Shown: piece after piece, positions 19,539-29,125 of the stretch
Layout of the letters: each line of letters opens with the position of its first letter
Position numbering within the stretch: the stretch's first letter is position 1
From: an uncultured Methanobrevibacter sp.
GTDB taxonomy: Archaea > Methanobacteriota > Methanobacteria > Methanobacteriales > Methanobacteriaceae
Direction of reading: 5' to 3'
DNA: 32,000 bases
Assembly (NCBI RefSeq): GCF_902801725.1
Contig: NZ_CADCJB010000013.1
Coordinates: 11,302 to 43,301, forward strand
Notes under the pieces: model-generated
What the model saw: the letters and a program-made list of their open reading frames with translations, nothing else
What the model was told of the DNA's origin: nothing
The model's database searches: none
Translations under genes and position numbers: made by a program

Positions 19539-21362
19539 ATGAGAATTTTACTAATCCATTCTGATTATTTAAATTACAATGTAAAGAATAAAACACCTGT
19601 TGCCGAAGAAATCGACGAGGCTAAAATGCAAGGTGCATTCGACGATTCTTTAGTGGTATTTACAAGTGTTGAAAAAGATGATGAAAATAATCCGGAAGGC
19701 ATCGTCAAAAATTTAGTCAGCGAAGTTATAAAAACCAATGAACAAGTTAATGCGGAAAATATTGTTTTATATCCATATGCTCACTTATCTTCTTCATTAG
19801 GTTCTCCAAAAGTTGCTATTCAAATTTTAAAGGATACTGAAGAAGCTTTGCTCGCTGAAAATTTAAATGTTAAAAGAGTACCTTTCGGATGGTATAAGGC
19901 CTTTGAGATTTCCTGTAAAGGCCACCCATTGAGCGAACTTTCAAGAACTATCACTGCCGATGTTGAAGATGAAAAAGTTGAAAGAAAACCTTCCAAGTGG
20001 CAAATTCTTGAAGGAGACAAAATTACTCAAATTGAAGACTTTAACTTTGAAAACAGGGCTTTCAAACAGCTTGTTGATTATGAGCTCGGACAAGGCGCAT
20101 CCGATGAAGGAGAACCTCCTCACGTAAAACTGATGAGGGAAAAGGAAATCTGCGATTATGAACCAGCATCCGATGTCGGAAACCTCAGATGGTATCCTAA
20201 AGGAAAATTAATCAGGGATTTGCTTTCAGATTATGTTTATGATTTGACTGTAGATCGTGGAGCAATGCCTGTTGAAACCCCAATTTTCTATGACCTGGAC
20301 AATCAAGCTATTTACGAACATGCCTACAAATTCGGTGAAAGACAGTACAGAACCGACACCAAAAAGAATTTGATGCTTAGATTTGCGGCTTGTTTCGGTG
20401 CATTCAGATTAATGTCCGATTCATATTTGACATGGAAAAATTTCCCTGCCAAAATTTTCGAATTAACCAGATACAGTTTCCGTTTTGAGAAAAAAGGTGA
20501 AGTTGTTGGTCTTAAAAGATTAAGAGCATTCACTATGCCTGATTGTCATTCATTCTGTTGTGATGTACCTTCATCTTTAGAAGAATTTTCTCAACAAACT
20601 GATATGTGTATGCAAACAGGTAAGGATTTGGACCTTGACTTTGAAGTAATTTTCAGAGCAACCCAAGACTTCTTTGAAGAAAATGAGGAATGGATGTATG
20701 AAATTGCAAGTAAATTCAATAAACCAATTCTTTTAGAAATCCTGCCTGAAAGACACCACTACTGGGTATGTAAAATCGATTTGGCAAACATTGACGCATT
20801 AGGCCGTCCGATTGAAAACCCAACCGTACAGATAGATGTTGAAAGTGGTAAAAGATTCGACATTACCTATTTGGGTGAAGACGGCAAACAGCATAATCCT
20901 ACAATCCTGCACACTTCACCAACCGGAAGTATTGAAAGGGTTTTATGTGCAATGCTTGAAAAAACCGCAATTGAAATTAATGAAAGATCTCCAATGTTGC
21001 CAACATGGTTAAGCCCAATTCAAGCAAGAATCTTGACTATTGGAGAAGCCCATAAAGAATTTGCAGATGAACTCTATGCAAAAATCAATGCTTCAAACAT
21101 TCGTGTAGACGTTGACGACAGGGATGAAAGCGTTGGTAAAAAAATCAGAAACGCATCTAAAGAATGGATTCCGTACATATTCGTTGTTGGTGATAAAGAA
21201 ATGGAAACCGGCAAGTTCCAAGTGACCGTACGTGAAACCGGACAAAAAGTTGACATGACAGTCGACGAATTGATAGATGAAATAAATGCCAAATGTGAAG
21301 GAAAACCTTTCAGAAAATTGCCTTTGCCTAAGGACATTTCAAGAAGGATTAACTTCCAATAA
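19539..21362 (+). CDS. thrS: Threonine--tRNA ligase, archaeal type with the N-terminal archaea-specific editing domain
   Basis: N-terminal [10 protein letters not shown]... editing-domain-like region, class II core ([33 protein letters not shown]) and a C-terminal anticodon-binding domain. SD GGTGAT. Confidence 0.93.
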   Translation: MRILLIHSDYLNYNVKNKTPVAEEIDEAKMQGAFDDSLVVFTSVEKDDENNPEGIVKNLVSEVIKTNEQVNAENIVLYPYAHLSSSLGSPKVAIQILKDTEEALLAENLNVKRVPFGWYKAFEISCKGHPLSELSRTITADVEDEKVERKPSKWQILEGDKITQIEDFNFENRAFKQLVDYELGQGASDEGEPPHVKLMREKEICDYEPASDVGNLRWYPKGKLIRDLLSDYVYDLTVDRGAMPVETPIFYDLDNQAIYEHAYKFGERQYRTDTKKNLMLRFAACFGAFRLMSDSYLTWKNFPAKIFELTRYSFRFEKKGEVVGLKRLRAFTMPDCHSFCCDVPSSLEEFSQQTDMCMQTGKDLDLDFEVIFRATQDFFEENEEWMYEIASKFNKPILLEILPERHHYWVCKIDLANIDALGRPIENPTVQIDVESGKRFDITYLGEDGKQHNPTILHTSPTGSIERVLCAMLEKTAIEINERSPMLPTWLSPIQARILTIGEAHKEFADELYAKINASNIRVDVDDRDESVGKKIRNASKEWIPYIFVVGDKEMETGKFQVTVRETGQKVDMTVDELIDEINAKCEGKPFRKLPLPKDISRRINFQ

Positions 21363-21419
21363 TTATATTTACAAATAAAAACATATTATAAAATGTTATT
21401 ATATAACGGAGGAAATTTA

Positions 21420-22670
21420 ATGGACCCAATGTACAGAATAGGAGAAGCTCTTATTGGAGATGGACCTGAATTGGCTCACGTTGATTTATTAATCGGTGAT
21501 AAATTCGGACCTGTTGGTCAAGCTTTTGCTAATGGATTATCCAATTTATCTGTTGGACACACTCCATTGACAAGTGTAATCAGACCAAACTTAATGACTA
21601 AACCAGCTACTTTAATTATTCCTAAAGTAACTGTTGGAGATTTGGAAGATGCAAGTAAAATCTTTGGACCTGCACAAACCGCTGTTGCAAGAGCAGTAGC
21701 TGATGCAGTTGAAGACGGTTACATTCCAAAAGATATTGTAGAAGATATCGTTATTAACGTAAGCGTATTTATTGATCCTTCTGCAAAAGATTTCAGAAAA
21801 ATATATCAATATAACTACGGCGCAACCAAGTTAGCTATCAGAAGAGCTATGGAAAACTATCCATCCATCGACAAAGTGCTTGCAGAAAAAGACCGTGGAA
21901 CTCACCCAATCATGGGATTCAAAGTCAAAAAACTTTGGTCACCACCATACTTGCAAGTTGCACTTGACCTTGATAATGAAGCTGCAATGGAAAGAATCAT
22001 CAGCGATTTGCCTGACAATGACAGAATTTTACTTGAAGCAGGTACTCCGCTCGTTAAAAAATTCGGTGTCGGAATCATCGGTAAAATCAGAGCATTACGT
22101 CCTGATGCATTCATTATTGCTGACTTGAAAACCTTGGATGTTGGTCGTGTAGAAGTTAAAATGGCAGCAGATGAAACTGCAGATGCAGTTGCAATCTCCG
22201 GTCTAGGTACTGTAGAATCTATCGCTAAAGCTATTCACGAAACCCAAAAACAAGGTATTTACTCTATCCTCGATATGATGAATGTAGCTGAATTCGAGAA
22301 AAAATTAGCCAAACTTCCTAAAGACTTAAAACCAGATATTGTTTTATTACACAGAAATGTGGATATGGAAACCTACAGGGCAGAACATGGTGAAGACACT
22401 AGCGACATGACCGAATGGGGTAATATTAAAGATATTAAAGCTGCACTTGGTCCTAAAGGTCTCATTGCTGTTGCTGGAGGAATCAAACCTAATAATGTTG
22501 AAGAAGCAATCGGTAAAGGTGCAAACATCATTATTGCAGGAAGATACATAATCGGTTCAAGAGATGTAAGAAGAGCTGCACAAGACTTCTTAGAACACTT
22601 TGACCCAGATCCAGACAACATGAGACTTGCTATGGATGAAGATGAAAATATTGAAGTGAAAGACGACTAG
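21420..22670 (+). CDS. fae-hps: Bifunctional formaldehyde-activating enzyme / 3-hexulose-6-phosphate synthase (Fae-Hps)
   Basis: N-terminal Fae domain ([22 protein letters not shown]) fused to an OMP-decarboxylase-fold Hps domain ([20 protein letters not shown]...GRYI). GGAGG lies upstream of ATG 21420, preferred over 21393. Confidence 0.88.
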   Translation: MDPMYRIGEALIGDGPELAHVDLLIGDKFGPVGQAFANGLSNLSVGHTPLTSVIRPNLMTKPATLIIPKVTVGDLEDASKIFGPAQTAVARAVADAVEDGYIPKDIVEDIVINVSVFIDPSAKDFRKIYQYNYGATKLAIRRAMENYPSIDKVLAEKDRGTHPIMGFKVKKLWSPPYLQVALDLDNEAAMERIISDLPDNDRILLEAGTPLVKKFGVGIIGKIRALRPDAFIIADLKTLDVGRVEVKMAADETADAVAISGLGTVESIAKAIHETQKQGIYSILDMMNVAEFEKKLAKLPKDLKPDIVLLHRNVDMETYRAEHGEDTSDMTEWGNIKDIKAALGPKGLIAVAGGIKPNNVEEAIGKGANIIIAGRYIIGSRDVRRAAQDFLEHFDPDPDNMRLAMDEDENIEVKDD

Positions 22671-22709
22671 TAAATTAGATTAATTCTAATTTACCTACTA
22701 TTTTTTTTT
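22671..22709 (+). terminator. Candidate terminator after fae-hps
   Basis: 9-bp stem TAAATTAGA (22671-22679) / TCTAATTTA (22685-22693) with a 5-nt loop, then a T9 run (22701-22709). Confidence 0.5.
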
Positions 22710-22725
22710 AAAAGGAGTTTTTATT

Positions 22726-23007
22726 ATGGGATTTTGTAATTCATGTGGAAGACCAATCGTAAGGGAAGATTACGGTACTAACAAGGATGGTAGTCCAAAC
22801 GATGAATTTTGTATAGACTGTTATCAGAATGGTGAATATACGGAGCCAGATATTACTCTTAATGAAATGATTGTAAGAAAAACCAAAGAAATGATGGAAA
22901 AAAATCCTAGATTGGCGGAAACACAGGCAACAGGTATTACTGCGATGTTCATTCCTGGCTTGAAAAGATGGAACCCTGAGTTTCAGGATGATTACAAGAC
23001 TCTTTAA
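22726..23007 (+). CDS. Putative zinc-ribbon domain protein
   Basis: CNSCGRP...(GT.KDGS)...FCIDCYQNGEYTEPDITLNEMI matches the putative zinc ribbon layout (CxxC...CxxC). SD AAGGAG upstream. Confidence 0.65.
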   Translation: MGFCNSCGRPIVREDYGTNKDGSPNDEFCIDCYQNGEYTEPDITLNEMIVRKTKEMMEKNPRLAETQATGITAMFIPGLKRWNPEFQDDYKTL

Positions 23008-23858
23008 TTGCCACCATTTAAAATAAATTCTTTAACTTTATTGGCGATGTATTCATCGTGGCTTCTATTTGTTTTTATGTTATAGATTTCTTCTTGTAAA
23101 TCATTATATTTATCAACTAAATCATTATATTCAAGACGTAGGGAATCGTAATCTTTTTCTAAATCTTCATTAAGCTCATAAATCTCTGCGTAACTGGTTT
23201 TTGTACTGAGATTTTCATGCTTTAGCTGATCATATTTGGAAGTGATCTTATCATAGCTGCTCTTGATGTTTTGATGCTCTTCTTTTAAGTTGGAACATTT
23301 GCTTTTCAGGTTTTTGTTTTCTTCTTTAATGCTTGAATACTTGGTTTTGAGATTCTCATTTTCGGTTTTCATATTGACGAATTTGGTTTTGAGATTTTCA
23401 TTTTCTATAATTAATTTTGAATGTTTGTCTCTGATGTTTTCATTCTCTTTTTTCAAATTGTCAATATTGTTTTCGTTTAAGGTATTGTATTTGTTTTCAA
23501 TTTCAGTTATGGCATCATTTTTTGCAGCAATTTCAGCTTTTAACTCTTCAATTTCTTTTTTATATTCTAAAGTAGATGGATTAACGTTATTTTCAAGTTG
23601 ATCTCTCAATTCTTTCACTTCCTGTACATACAAATAATTAGCTATTTTTAAAGATTCACTTTCTTCCTCTCTACTTTTAAAGGTTTCAATTTCGCTTTGG
23701 GGTATGATTAATACTTCTTCCTGGTTATTGTAAATGTCTTCATTTTTAGGAACGGTGATTTGAATTTGTTCTGTTGTGTATTTCTTTCTCTCACCGTTTT
23801 TCAAAGTTCTATGATATTCCCTTGAATATTTTTTTACAATACCTTTTCCTACTTTCAT
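23004..23858 (-). CDS. Hypothetical coiled-coil protein with a basic N-terminus and 14-aa tandem repeats
   Basis: Long E/K/N-rich heptad-like sequence. The N-terminal 40 aa are basic (MKVGKGIVKKYSREYHRTLKNGERKKY). No recognisable enzymatic motif. Confidence 0.6.
   Translation of the reverse strand: MKVGKGIVKKYSREYHRTLKNGERKKYTTEQIQITVPKNEDIYNNQEEVLIIPQSEIETFKSREEESESLKIANYLYVQEVKELRDQLENNVNPSTLEYKKEIEELKAEIAAKNDAITEIENKYNTLNENNIDNLKKENENIRDKHSKLIIENENLKTKFVNMKTENENLKTKYSSIKEENKNLKSKCSNLKEEHQNIKSSYDKITSKYDQLKHENLSTKTSYAEIYELNEDLEKDYDSLRLEYNDLVDKYNDLQEEIYNIKTNRSHDEYIANKVKEFILNGGN
23238..23447 (-). repeat. Five tandem 42-nt (14-aa) in-frame repeats inside the coiled-coil gene
   Basis: The units are ENENIRDKHSKLII, ENENLKTKFVNMKT, ENENLKTKYSSIKE, ENKNLKSKCSNLKE and EHQNIKSSYDKITS. 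At DNA level, TTGGTTTTGAGATT(C/T)TCATTTTC occurs at 23341-23363 and 23383-23405. Confidence 0.75.
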
Positions 23859-23954
23859 ATTATACCCTTTACCTATTATAAATATATATTGTGTTTGTGA
23901 GTATAAATATTTTTATTAATTGGCTTTTTTTATGGGGTTTAACTTTTTTTCAAT

Positions 23955-23996
23955 AGTAATACTTTTTTTCGATATTTGTGAAATAAGTAATACTTT
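23955..23996 (+). promoter_or_regulatory. Two exact copies of palindromic motif AGTAATACT(TT) upstream of the CobN-like operon; candidate operator overlapping the promoter
   Basis: AGTAATACTTT at 23955-23965 and 23986-23996, 31 bp apart. The core AGTA-A-TACT is a 4-1-4 inverted repeat. The second copy runs directly into the TATA-like TTTAAATATA (23994-24003), about 48 nt before the start codon. Confidence 0.4.
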
Positions 23997-24050
23997 AAAT
24001 ATATTTATTAATATTAAAAGTAATAATTAAAAATAGTTTTTATATTAACA

Positions 24051-27000
24051 GTGGGTAATATTATGTTTTGTTTAAAAAATAAAAAGTATTTTTGCGTATT
24101 AATTTTATTAATAACGATTTTTATCATTCCTTATTCATTTGCATTGGATAATTCCACTTCAGATGATTTGCCTATTTCAAGTGATGATAATGCATTATTA
24201 AATGATAATATTGAAGAATCGGTTGGCAACGATAATCTGATGAGTGTAGATTCATCCAAATCTCAAAATATTACTTTATTTATTGTAAGCGACAATCCAG
24301 GGACTAATATTTTGGATAAAGCTAGCAGTGAATTAAGCAGTTCCCAAAATTTAAGTAATATTAATTTGGTTGTTCGCAGCGGTGAACAGATAAAGGAAAT
24401 GAGTGATTTTGAATTAATAAGTCTTCTTTCTTCCAGCGACGGATTTGTCGGTGAATGGATAAGTAGTGATGTAGATTCAGTTTTAACAAATGTTTTGGGT
24501 AAATATCCTGAATTGTCAAATAAGGAATTGTTTCTTATATTGGAACCGCCTTCAGGCAAAATGAACTCCGGTTCCAGTTCAATAGGTTTAATCAGAAACA
24601 ATACAATAAATTATCAAAAGATTTTCGCATCATTTTCAGACCAGGAATTGATTTCATATTTTGAAAACACAAAAAGAGGCAAATACTATACTGATGTTTA
24701 TAATTACATTGACAGGAGCGCTACAAAATTTGACCCACTGTTCAATCAGATGGTTCTTTATAAGGATATAAACGATAAAGAAAATCTTAAAAATCAAATA
24801 TTATACGCATTAAACTTTTTAGGCACATCTTTTGAAGTCAATGCACCGACATTTACAGGAGTAAAACAGTATGGAATTTATAGGGACAGATGGTATTCCC
24901 TTGAAGAGTATATTGCAGAATTTTTCAATCCGAATAATTCCAGAACTGTCGGAATATTGGAAAGTACAATGTATGTTGAATCTCAGCAATTGCATCCATG
25001 CTACAACATTATCGAATCATTGGAATCAAGAGGATATAATGTAATCCCTATCTTTGCTGCAGGGGGGTCTGCTGAACAATTGAAAGTGATGATTGAATCC
25101 TGGACCAGTGCAAAGACTGACTATTCCGGATTTTTAAGAAATTCATCCAATTATGATATTTATGTGGATGCAATAGTGTCCATGGTTGCTTATGGTGTTG
25201 GGGGTCAGAATTTTTCCAATGCTACAAACTTCTTTGAACAGGTGGGCGTGCCTGTATTCAGGGCAGTACACTCTGATTATGTTTCCAATGAGATGTGGGA
25301 ATTGGGATCTACCGGTCTTACAACAGAAAAAAGTGACAAATGGTGGCACATTACCATTGCCGAAACTCAGGGAATAATTGATGCAACATTTGTTGGCGGT
25401 CAATCAAAGTACATTTCCAGCAGGACAGGAGCTCAGATTACTACCTACATACCTCACGCCAGAAACATTGATTTGCTGGCTGACAGAATAGATTCCTGGG
25501 TTGATTTAAAATACACTTCAAATATCGATAAGCTAATCTCAATAATCTATTACAATTATCCTCCTGGAAAACAGAATATCGGTTCAAGTTACCTGGATAC
25601 AATAACCAGTATTTACAACATGCTGATAACTTTAAAAAATGCCGGATATGATGTTGGCGAGTTGCCAGCTAATGTTTCTGAACTTGAAGATTTAATGCTT
25701 AAGTGCGGTATTAATGTAGCTACCTGGGCACCGGGAGAGCTTGAAAAATTGGCTAACCAGTCAGGCGTTACATTACTGCCGGTTAAAGAATATACCAAAT
25801 GGTTCAATTCATTGGATGAAATTGTTAAAATACAGGTCACTGAAGGGCCTGTTGCTTACATAGGCGAGCTTTCAAGACGTTCAGTTGAGCTAAACTACAC
25901 AGTAACAATCGCAGATACAATTGATGATTGGTACAATCAGGTTGTTGCCCTGCTTCCAGAGGAAAATGCCGATAAGTCTAAAAGCGTTTTAAACAATATC
26001 GTATCAAGCTTAAAAAATTATACAAAGACTCAGGATGCAAAATATTATAAGCTGTTCTTAAGGTACTTTGAAGAATTCAAAAAGTTAAATATTTCCGGAT
26101 TAAACGGTTGGGGTAATGCTCCGGGCAATGTAATGGTTGTTAATAGAAACGGAGTTGATTATTTTGTCATACCTGGCTTAACTTATGGAAATGTATTTAT
26201 CGCCCCTGAACCTCAAAGGGGATGGGAATCTGACATTGAAAACTTATATCACTGTACTGCAGTAGCTCCAACCCATCAGTATCTGGCGGCTTACTACTAT
26301 ATGCAGACCAAATACCACAATGCAATGATTTTCGTCGGAAGGCACGCTACACATGAATGGCTTCCTGGAAAGGAAATTTTACTATCATCCACTGATTACG
26401 GATCAGTTGTGGTAGGTGATGTCCCGCAACTGTACTTCTATATTGCAGATGGTTTGGCTGAAGCTATTCAGGCAAAAAGAAGAGGTTTTGCAGTTATCAT
26501 TTCACATTTGACTTCTCCAATGTCTTACACCCATTTATATGGTAACTTGACCGTTGCGGCTAGTCTGGTTAAGGAATATTCTGCTAATCCAAATGTTCGT
26601 ACTGCTAGTGAATTGCGCAATCTAATTATAAAAAATGATTACTACACTAATTTGGGCCTTTCAAAAGGAGAAGTAATGAATATCTCTGATACCTTACTTG
26701 TTGAGAAGGTAAATAAGTTTTTAGTGGAGATGCAGTCTACCTTGTATCCATTGGGGCTTCATGCATTGGGTCAGTCCTGGAGTGAACAGGACTTGGCAAG
26801 CACAGTTTCAGCAATGTTGTCTTATGATTATGTTCTTGATAATAATCAGGGTGTTTTAAATTTATTCAGTGAACTTTCAAGCTACTATTATTCAAAAGGA
26901 TATAGCCAGCTATCCGCATTTGAAAGGGAATTTATTTTAAACAAATCCTATGATATTGTAAAGGCACTGATTTACTGGGATGTAGACACGGTCAATAGCC

Positions 27001-29114
27001 TGTTAATAAGTCAAAATCAAAAATTCAACAATCCTACATTTTTTGCCTGCCTTGAATTGGCTAAAAAGTATATAGGCCTTATCAATTTCAGTGTTTCAAA
27101 CGAATTGGATGCAATGCTCGACGGATTAAACGGCAGATATGTTCCAGTTGGTGAAGGTGGAGAACTTGTAATAAAACCTGCAATTCTTCCGACAGGTAAA
27201 AACATGTTCCAGGACCAATCATCTGAGCTTCCGACAATGGATGCATGGGAATATGCGAAAAATTTGGCTTTATTAACACTTGCTGATTTAAATGACACAA
27301 CAGAGAAGATTATCATGGGTATCTGGTGTGTAGAAACCGCAAGAGATGACGGAGCGTTGGTTTCAACCGTTCTTTACTTGTTGGGTATGAAACCTGTCTG
27401 GACAGATTCATCAAGTGCGGGTTATGACGATGAAGGAAATCCGACAGGTAAAAAAGTGGGTGCAATGCCTGAAGTTATTAAACTGGATGATTTGACCCGT
27501 CCTGCCGGTTGGGCCAAAAAAAGAATTGACGTGACTGTAATAACTAGTGGTTTATTCAGGGATTTATACTCATCTCAATCAATTCTTATGGATAATGCTT
27601 ACCGTGTTGCGCTTGCAAGGTCCTATCTGACATTGATTAATAATAATGCATTAATGAACTCTAAAAATGGTAATCAATTGCGCGAGGCTCTTGAAGGTGT
27701 AATGCAAAGTATCAGCTATTATGGTATTTATAATGAGCCATTGGATTCCAATTATGTGGCACAGCACTGGATTGAAGATACTTTATTCTATTTAAGTCAG
27801 GGCTATAATGCAACTTATGCAGGCGAATGTGCAATAACAAGAATATTTGCACCTCCAAATGGTGATTATGGTGCCGGAATATCAAAATTAGTATCAATGT
27901 CATGGACATGGAACGATACTAGTGAACTTGCAGACTTTTACCTTGGAAGAATGGGTAACATGTATTCAAAAAATTATTGGGGAGATACAAACCCATTGGT
28001 ATTCCTGAGGGCTCTGTCAAACTCAGACACAATTGTGGCCAGTCGTAATACCAACCAATACGGTGTACTCGACAACGACGACTTCTTTGATTATTGGGGA
28101 GGTTTGTCAATGACTGTAGAAAATATTTCCGGAAAAGCTCCTAAATTCAATGTATTGATGTATTCAGATAAAAACAATGCATACATTTCATCTTTGGAGG
28201 AAGTAATGTATAAGGAAATCGCCGCAAGATATGATAATCCTGACTGGATTAAAGGAATGATGAAAGAGGGTTACAGCGGTGCTCGTTACATGTCAAATAA
28301 GTTTGTAAGTAATTTGCATGGATGGCAGGTAACAAGACCATCAGCCGTATCAAATGACTTGTGGAATAGAATTTACAATACTTATTACAATGATAAATAC
28401 AATATTGGAGTTAAAGATTGGCTAATGAGTGGAAACAATGCATATTCACTTATTTCCATGAGTGGAACAATGCTTACAACAATCCATGATGGTTATTGGA
28501 AGGCAGATAAGGCTACAATTAGCGATATAGCTAATACATGGGCTCAAGCAACTGTTCAAAATGGTGTGGCCTGTTGTGATTGCAGTTGCGGTAATATTGC
28601 AATGATGCAATGGGCTGTCCAATATGTCAATCCGGATATTTTAGCACAACTGCTTCCTAAATTATATGAAGCAACCAAAAATCCGGTATTTAAGAATAAT
28701 ACTCAATCAACTCAGCCGCCTGAAACTGATATAAAAGATAATCCGAAGGAAGCTTCAACTCAAAATCCTGTAAAGGGATCAACTTCATCTTCTACTATTA
28801 AAACAAATTCCAGCTCCACAACCACTCAAACTACTGCTCAAAGCGGAAGCAATGCTCAGGGTGATGCCTTTTCAAATGTTGGTGCTGGAAGTGAATCAGT
28901 TCAGGCTGGAAGTTCATCTGCAGAGGGAGCAGATGTCAAGAAAGCAGTTGAAATAAATCCAATATCCTCTCAATCAGCAAGTGAAGTAGGATTGTCAATA
29001 GTAGCTGTATTGGCTATTTTATGCTTGATTATGGTTGTGGCTGTTGGATACTTTAGAAATAATGATAATAAAGATAAAGTTCAAGATTTAGATAAGCTAT
29101 TTAATGAAAGATAG
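24051..29114 (+). CDS. Exported, membrane-anchored CobN/Mg-chelatase-family (class I chelatase large-subunit-like) protein
   Basis: CobN/ChlH signatures GRHATHEWLPGKE (26337-26375) and LDGLNGRYVPVGEGGELVIKPAILPTGKNMF (27117-27209), plus QYGVLDNDDFFDYWGG. N-terminal signal peptide KNKKYFCVLILLITIFIIPYSFA|LD. Ser/Thr-rich stalk (about 28695-28985). C-terminal TM VGLSIVAVLAILCLIMVVAVGYF followed by a basic tail. An alternative start is ATG 24063. Confidence 0.9.
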   Translation: MGNIMFCLKNKKYFCVLILLITIFIIPYSFALDNSTSDDLPISSDDNALLNDNIEESVGNDNLMSVDSSKSQNITLFIVSDNPGTNILDKASSELSSSQNLSNINLVVRSGEQIKEMSDFELISLLSSSDGFVGEWISSDVDSVLTNVLGKYPELSNKELFLILEPPSGKMNSGSSSIGLIRNNTINYQKIFASFSDQELISYFENTKRGKYYTDVYNYIDRSATKFDPLFNQMVLYKDINDKENLKNQILYALNFLGTSFEVNAPTFTGVKQYGIYRDRWYSLEEYIAEFFNPNNSRTVGILESTMYVESQQLHPCYNIIESLESRGYNVIPIFAAGGSAEQLKVMIESWTSAKTDYSGFLRNSSNYDIYVDAIVSMVAYGVGGQNFSNATNFFEQVGVPVFRAVHSDYVSNEMWELGSTGLTTEKSDKWWHITIAETQGIIDATFVGGQSKYISSRTGAQITTYIPHARNIDLLADRIDSWVDLKYTSNIDKLISIIYYNYPPGKQNIGSSYLDTITSIYNMLITLKNAGYDVGELPANVSELEDLMLKCGINVATWAPGELEKLANQSGVTLLPVKEYTKWFNSLDEIVKIQVTEGPVAYIGELSRRSVELNYTVTIADTIDDWYNQVVALLPEENADKSKSVLNNIVSSLKNYTKTQDAKYYKLFLRYFEEFKKLNISGLNGWGNAPGNVMVVNRNGVDYFVIPGLTYGNVFIAPEPQRGWESDIENLYHCTAVAPTHQYLAAYYYMQTKYHNAMIFVGRHATHEWLPGKEILLSSTDYGSVVVGDVPQLYFYIADGLAEAIQAKRRGFAVIISHLTSPMSYTHLYGNLTVAASLVKEYSANPNVRTASELRNLIIKNDYYTNLGLSKGEVMNISDTLLVEKVNKFLVEMQSTLYPLGLHALGQSWSEQDLASTVSAMLSYDYVLDNNQGVLNLFSELSSYYYSKGYSQLSAFEREFILNKSYDIVKALIYWDVDTVNSLLISQNQKFNNPTFFACLELAKKYIGLINFSVSNELDAMLDGLNGRYVPVGEGGELVIKPAILPTGKNMFQDQSSELPTMDAWEYAKNLALLTLADLNDTTEKIIMGIWCVETARDDGALVSTVLYLLGMKPVWTDSSSAGYDDEGNPTGKKVGAMPEVIKLDDLTRPAGWAKKRIDVTVITSGLFRDLYSSQSILMDNAYRVALARSYLTLINNNALMNSKNGNQLREALEGVMQSISYYGIYNEPLDSNYVAQHWIEDTLFYLSQGYNATYAGECAITRIFAPPNGDYGAGISKLVSMSWTWNDTSELADFYLGRMGNMYSKNYWGDTNPLVFLRALSNSDTIVASRNTNQYGVLDNDDFFDYWGGLSMTVENISGKAPKFNVLMYSDKNNAYISSLEEVMYKEIAARYDNPDWIKGMMKEGYSGARYMSNKFVSNLHGWQVTRPSAVSNDLWNRIYNTYYNDKYNIGVKDWLMSGNNAYSLISMSGTMLTTIHDGYWKADKATISDIANTWAQATVQNGVACCDCSCGNIAMMQWAVQYVNPDILAQLLPKLYEATKNPVFKNNTQSTQPPETDIKDNPKEASTQNPVKGSTSSSTIKTNSSSTTTQTTAQSGSNAQGDAFSNVGAGSESVQAGSSSAEGADVKKAVEINPISSQSASEVGLSIVAVLAILCLIMVVAVGYFRNNDNKDKVQDLDKLFNER

Positions 29115-29125
29115 TAGGTGTTTTA

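Noticed and set aside
23004-23007. Convergent genes sharing overlapping stop codons within TTAA
   Set aside because: The overlap is real: TAA at 23005-23007 on the plus strand, and the complement of 23004-23006 on the minus strand. It is a common compact-genome feature with no evident functional implication.
23290-23601. 103-aa plus-strand ORF, Phe/Ser/Leu-rich
   Set aside because: It is the antisense reading of the E/K/N-rich tandem-repeat region. Its repeat structure is a mirror artefact of the minus-strand gene.
24263-28110. Multiple 60-112-aa ORFs on both strands inside the CobN-like gene
   Set aside because: All are nested in a 5-kb continuous frame that carries family signatures along its length. 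None has independent support.
24051-29114. Reading the large gene as the canonical cobaltochelatase CobN of cobalamin biosynthesis
   Set aside because: Three features argue against it: the signal peptide with stalk and C-terminal anchor, the absence of adjacent CobS/CobT-type AAA+ genes, and the anaerobic (class II chelatase) route expected in methanogens. The family assignment is kept but the functional label is not.
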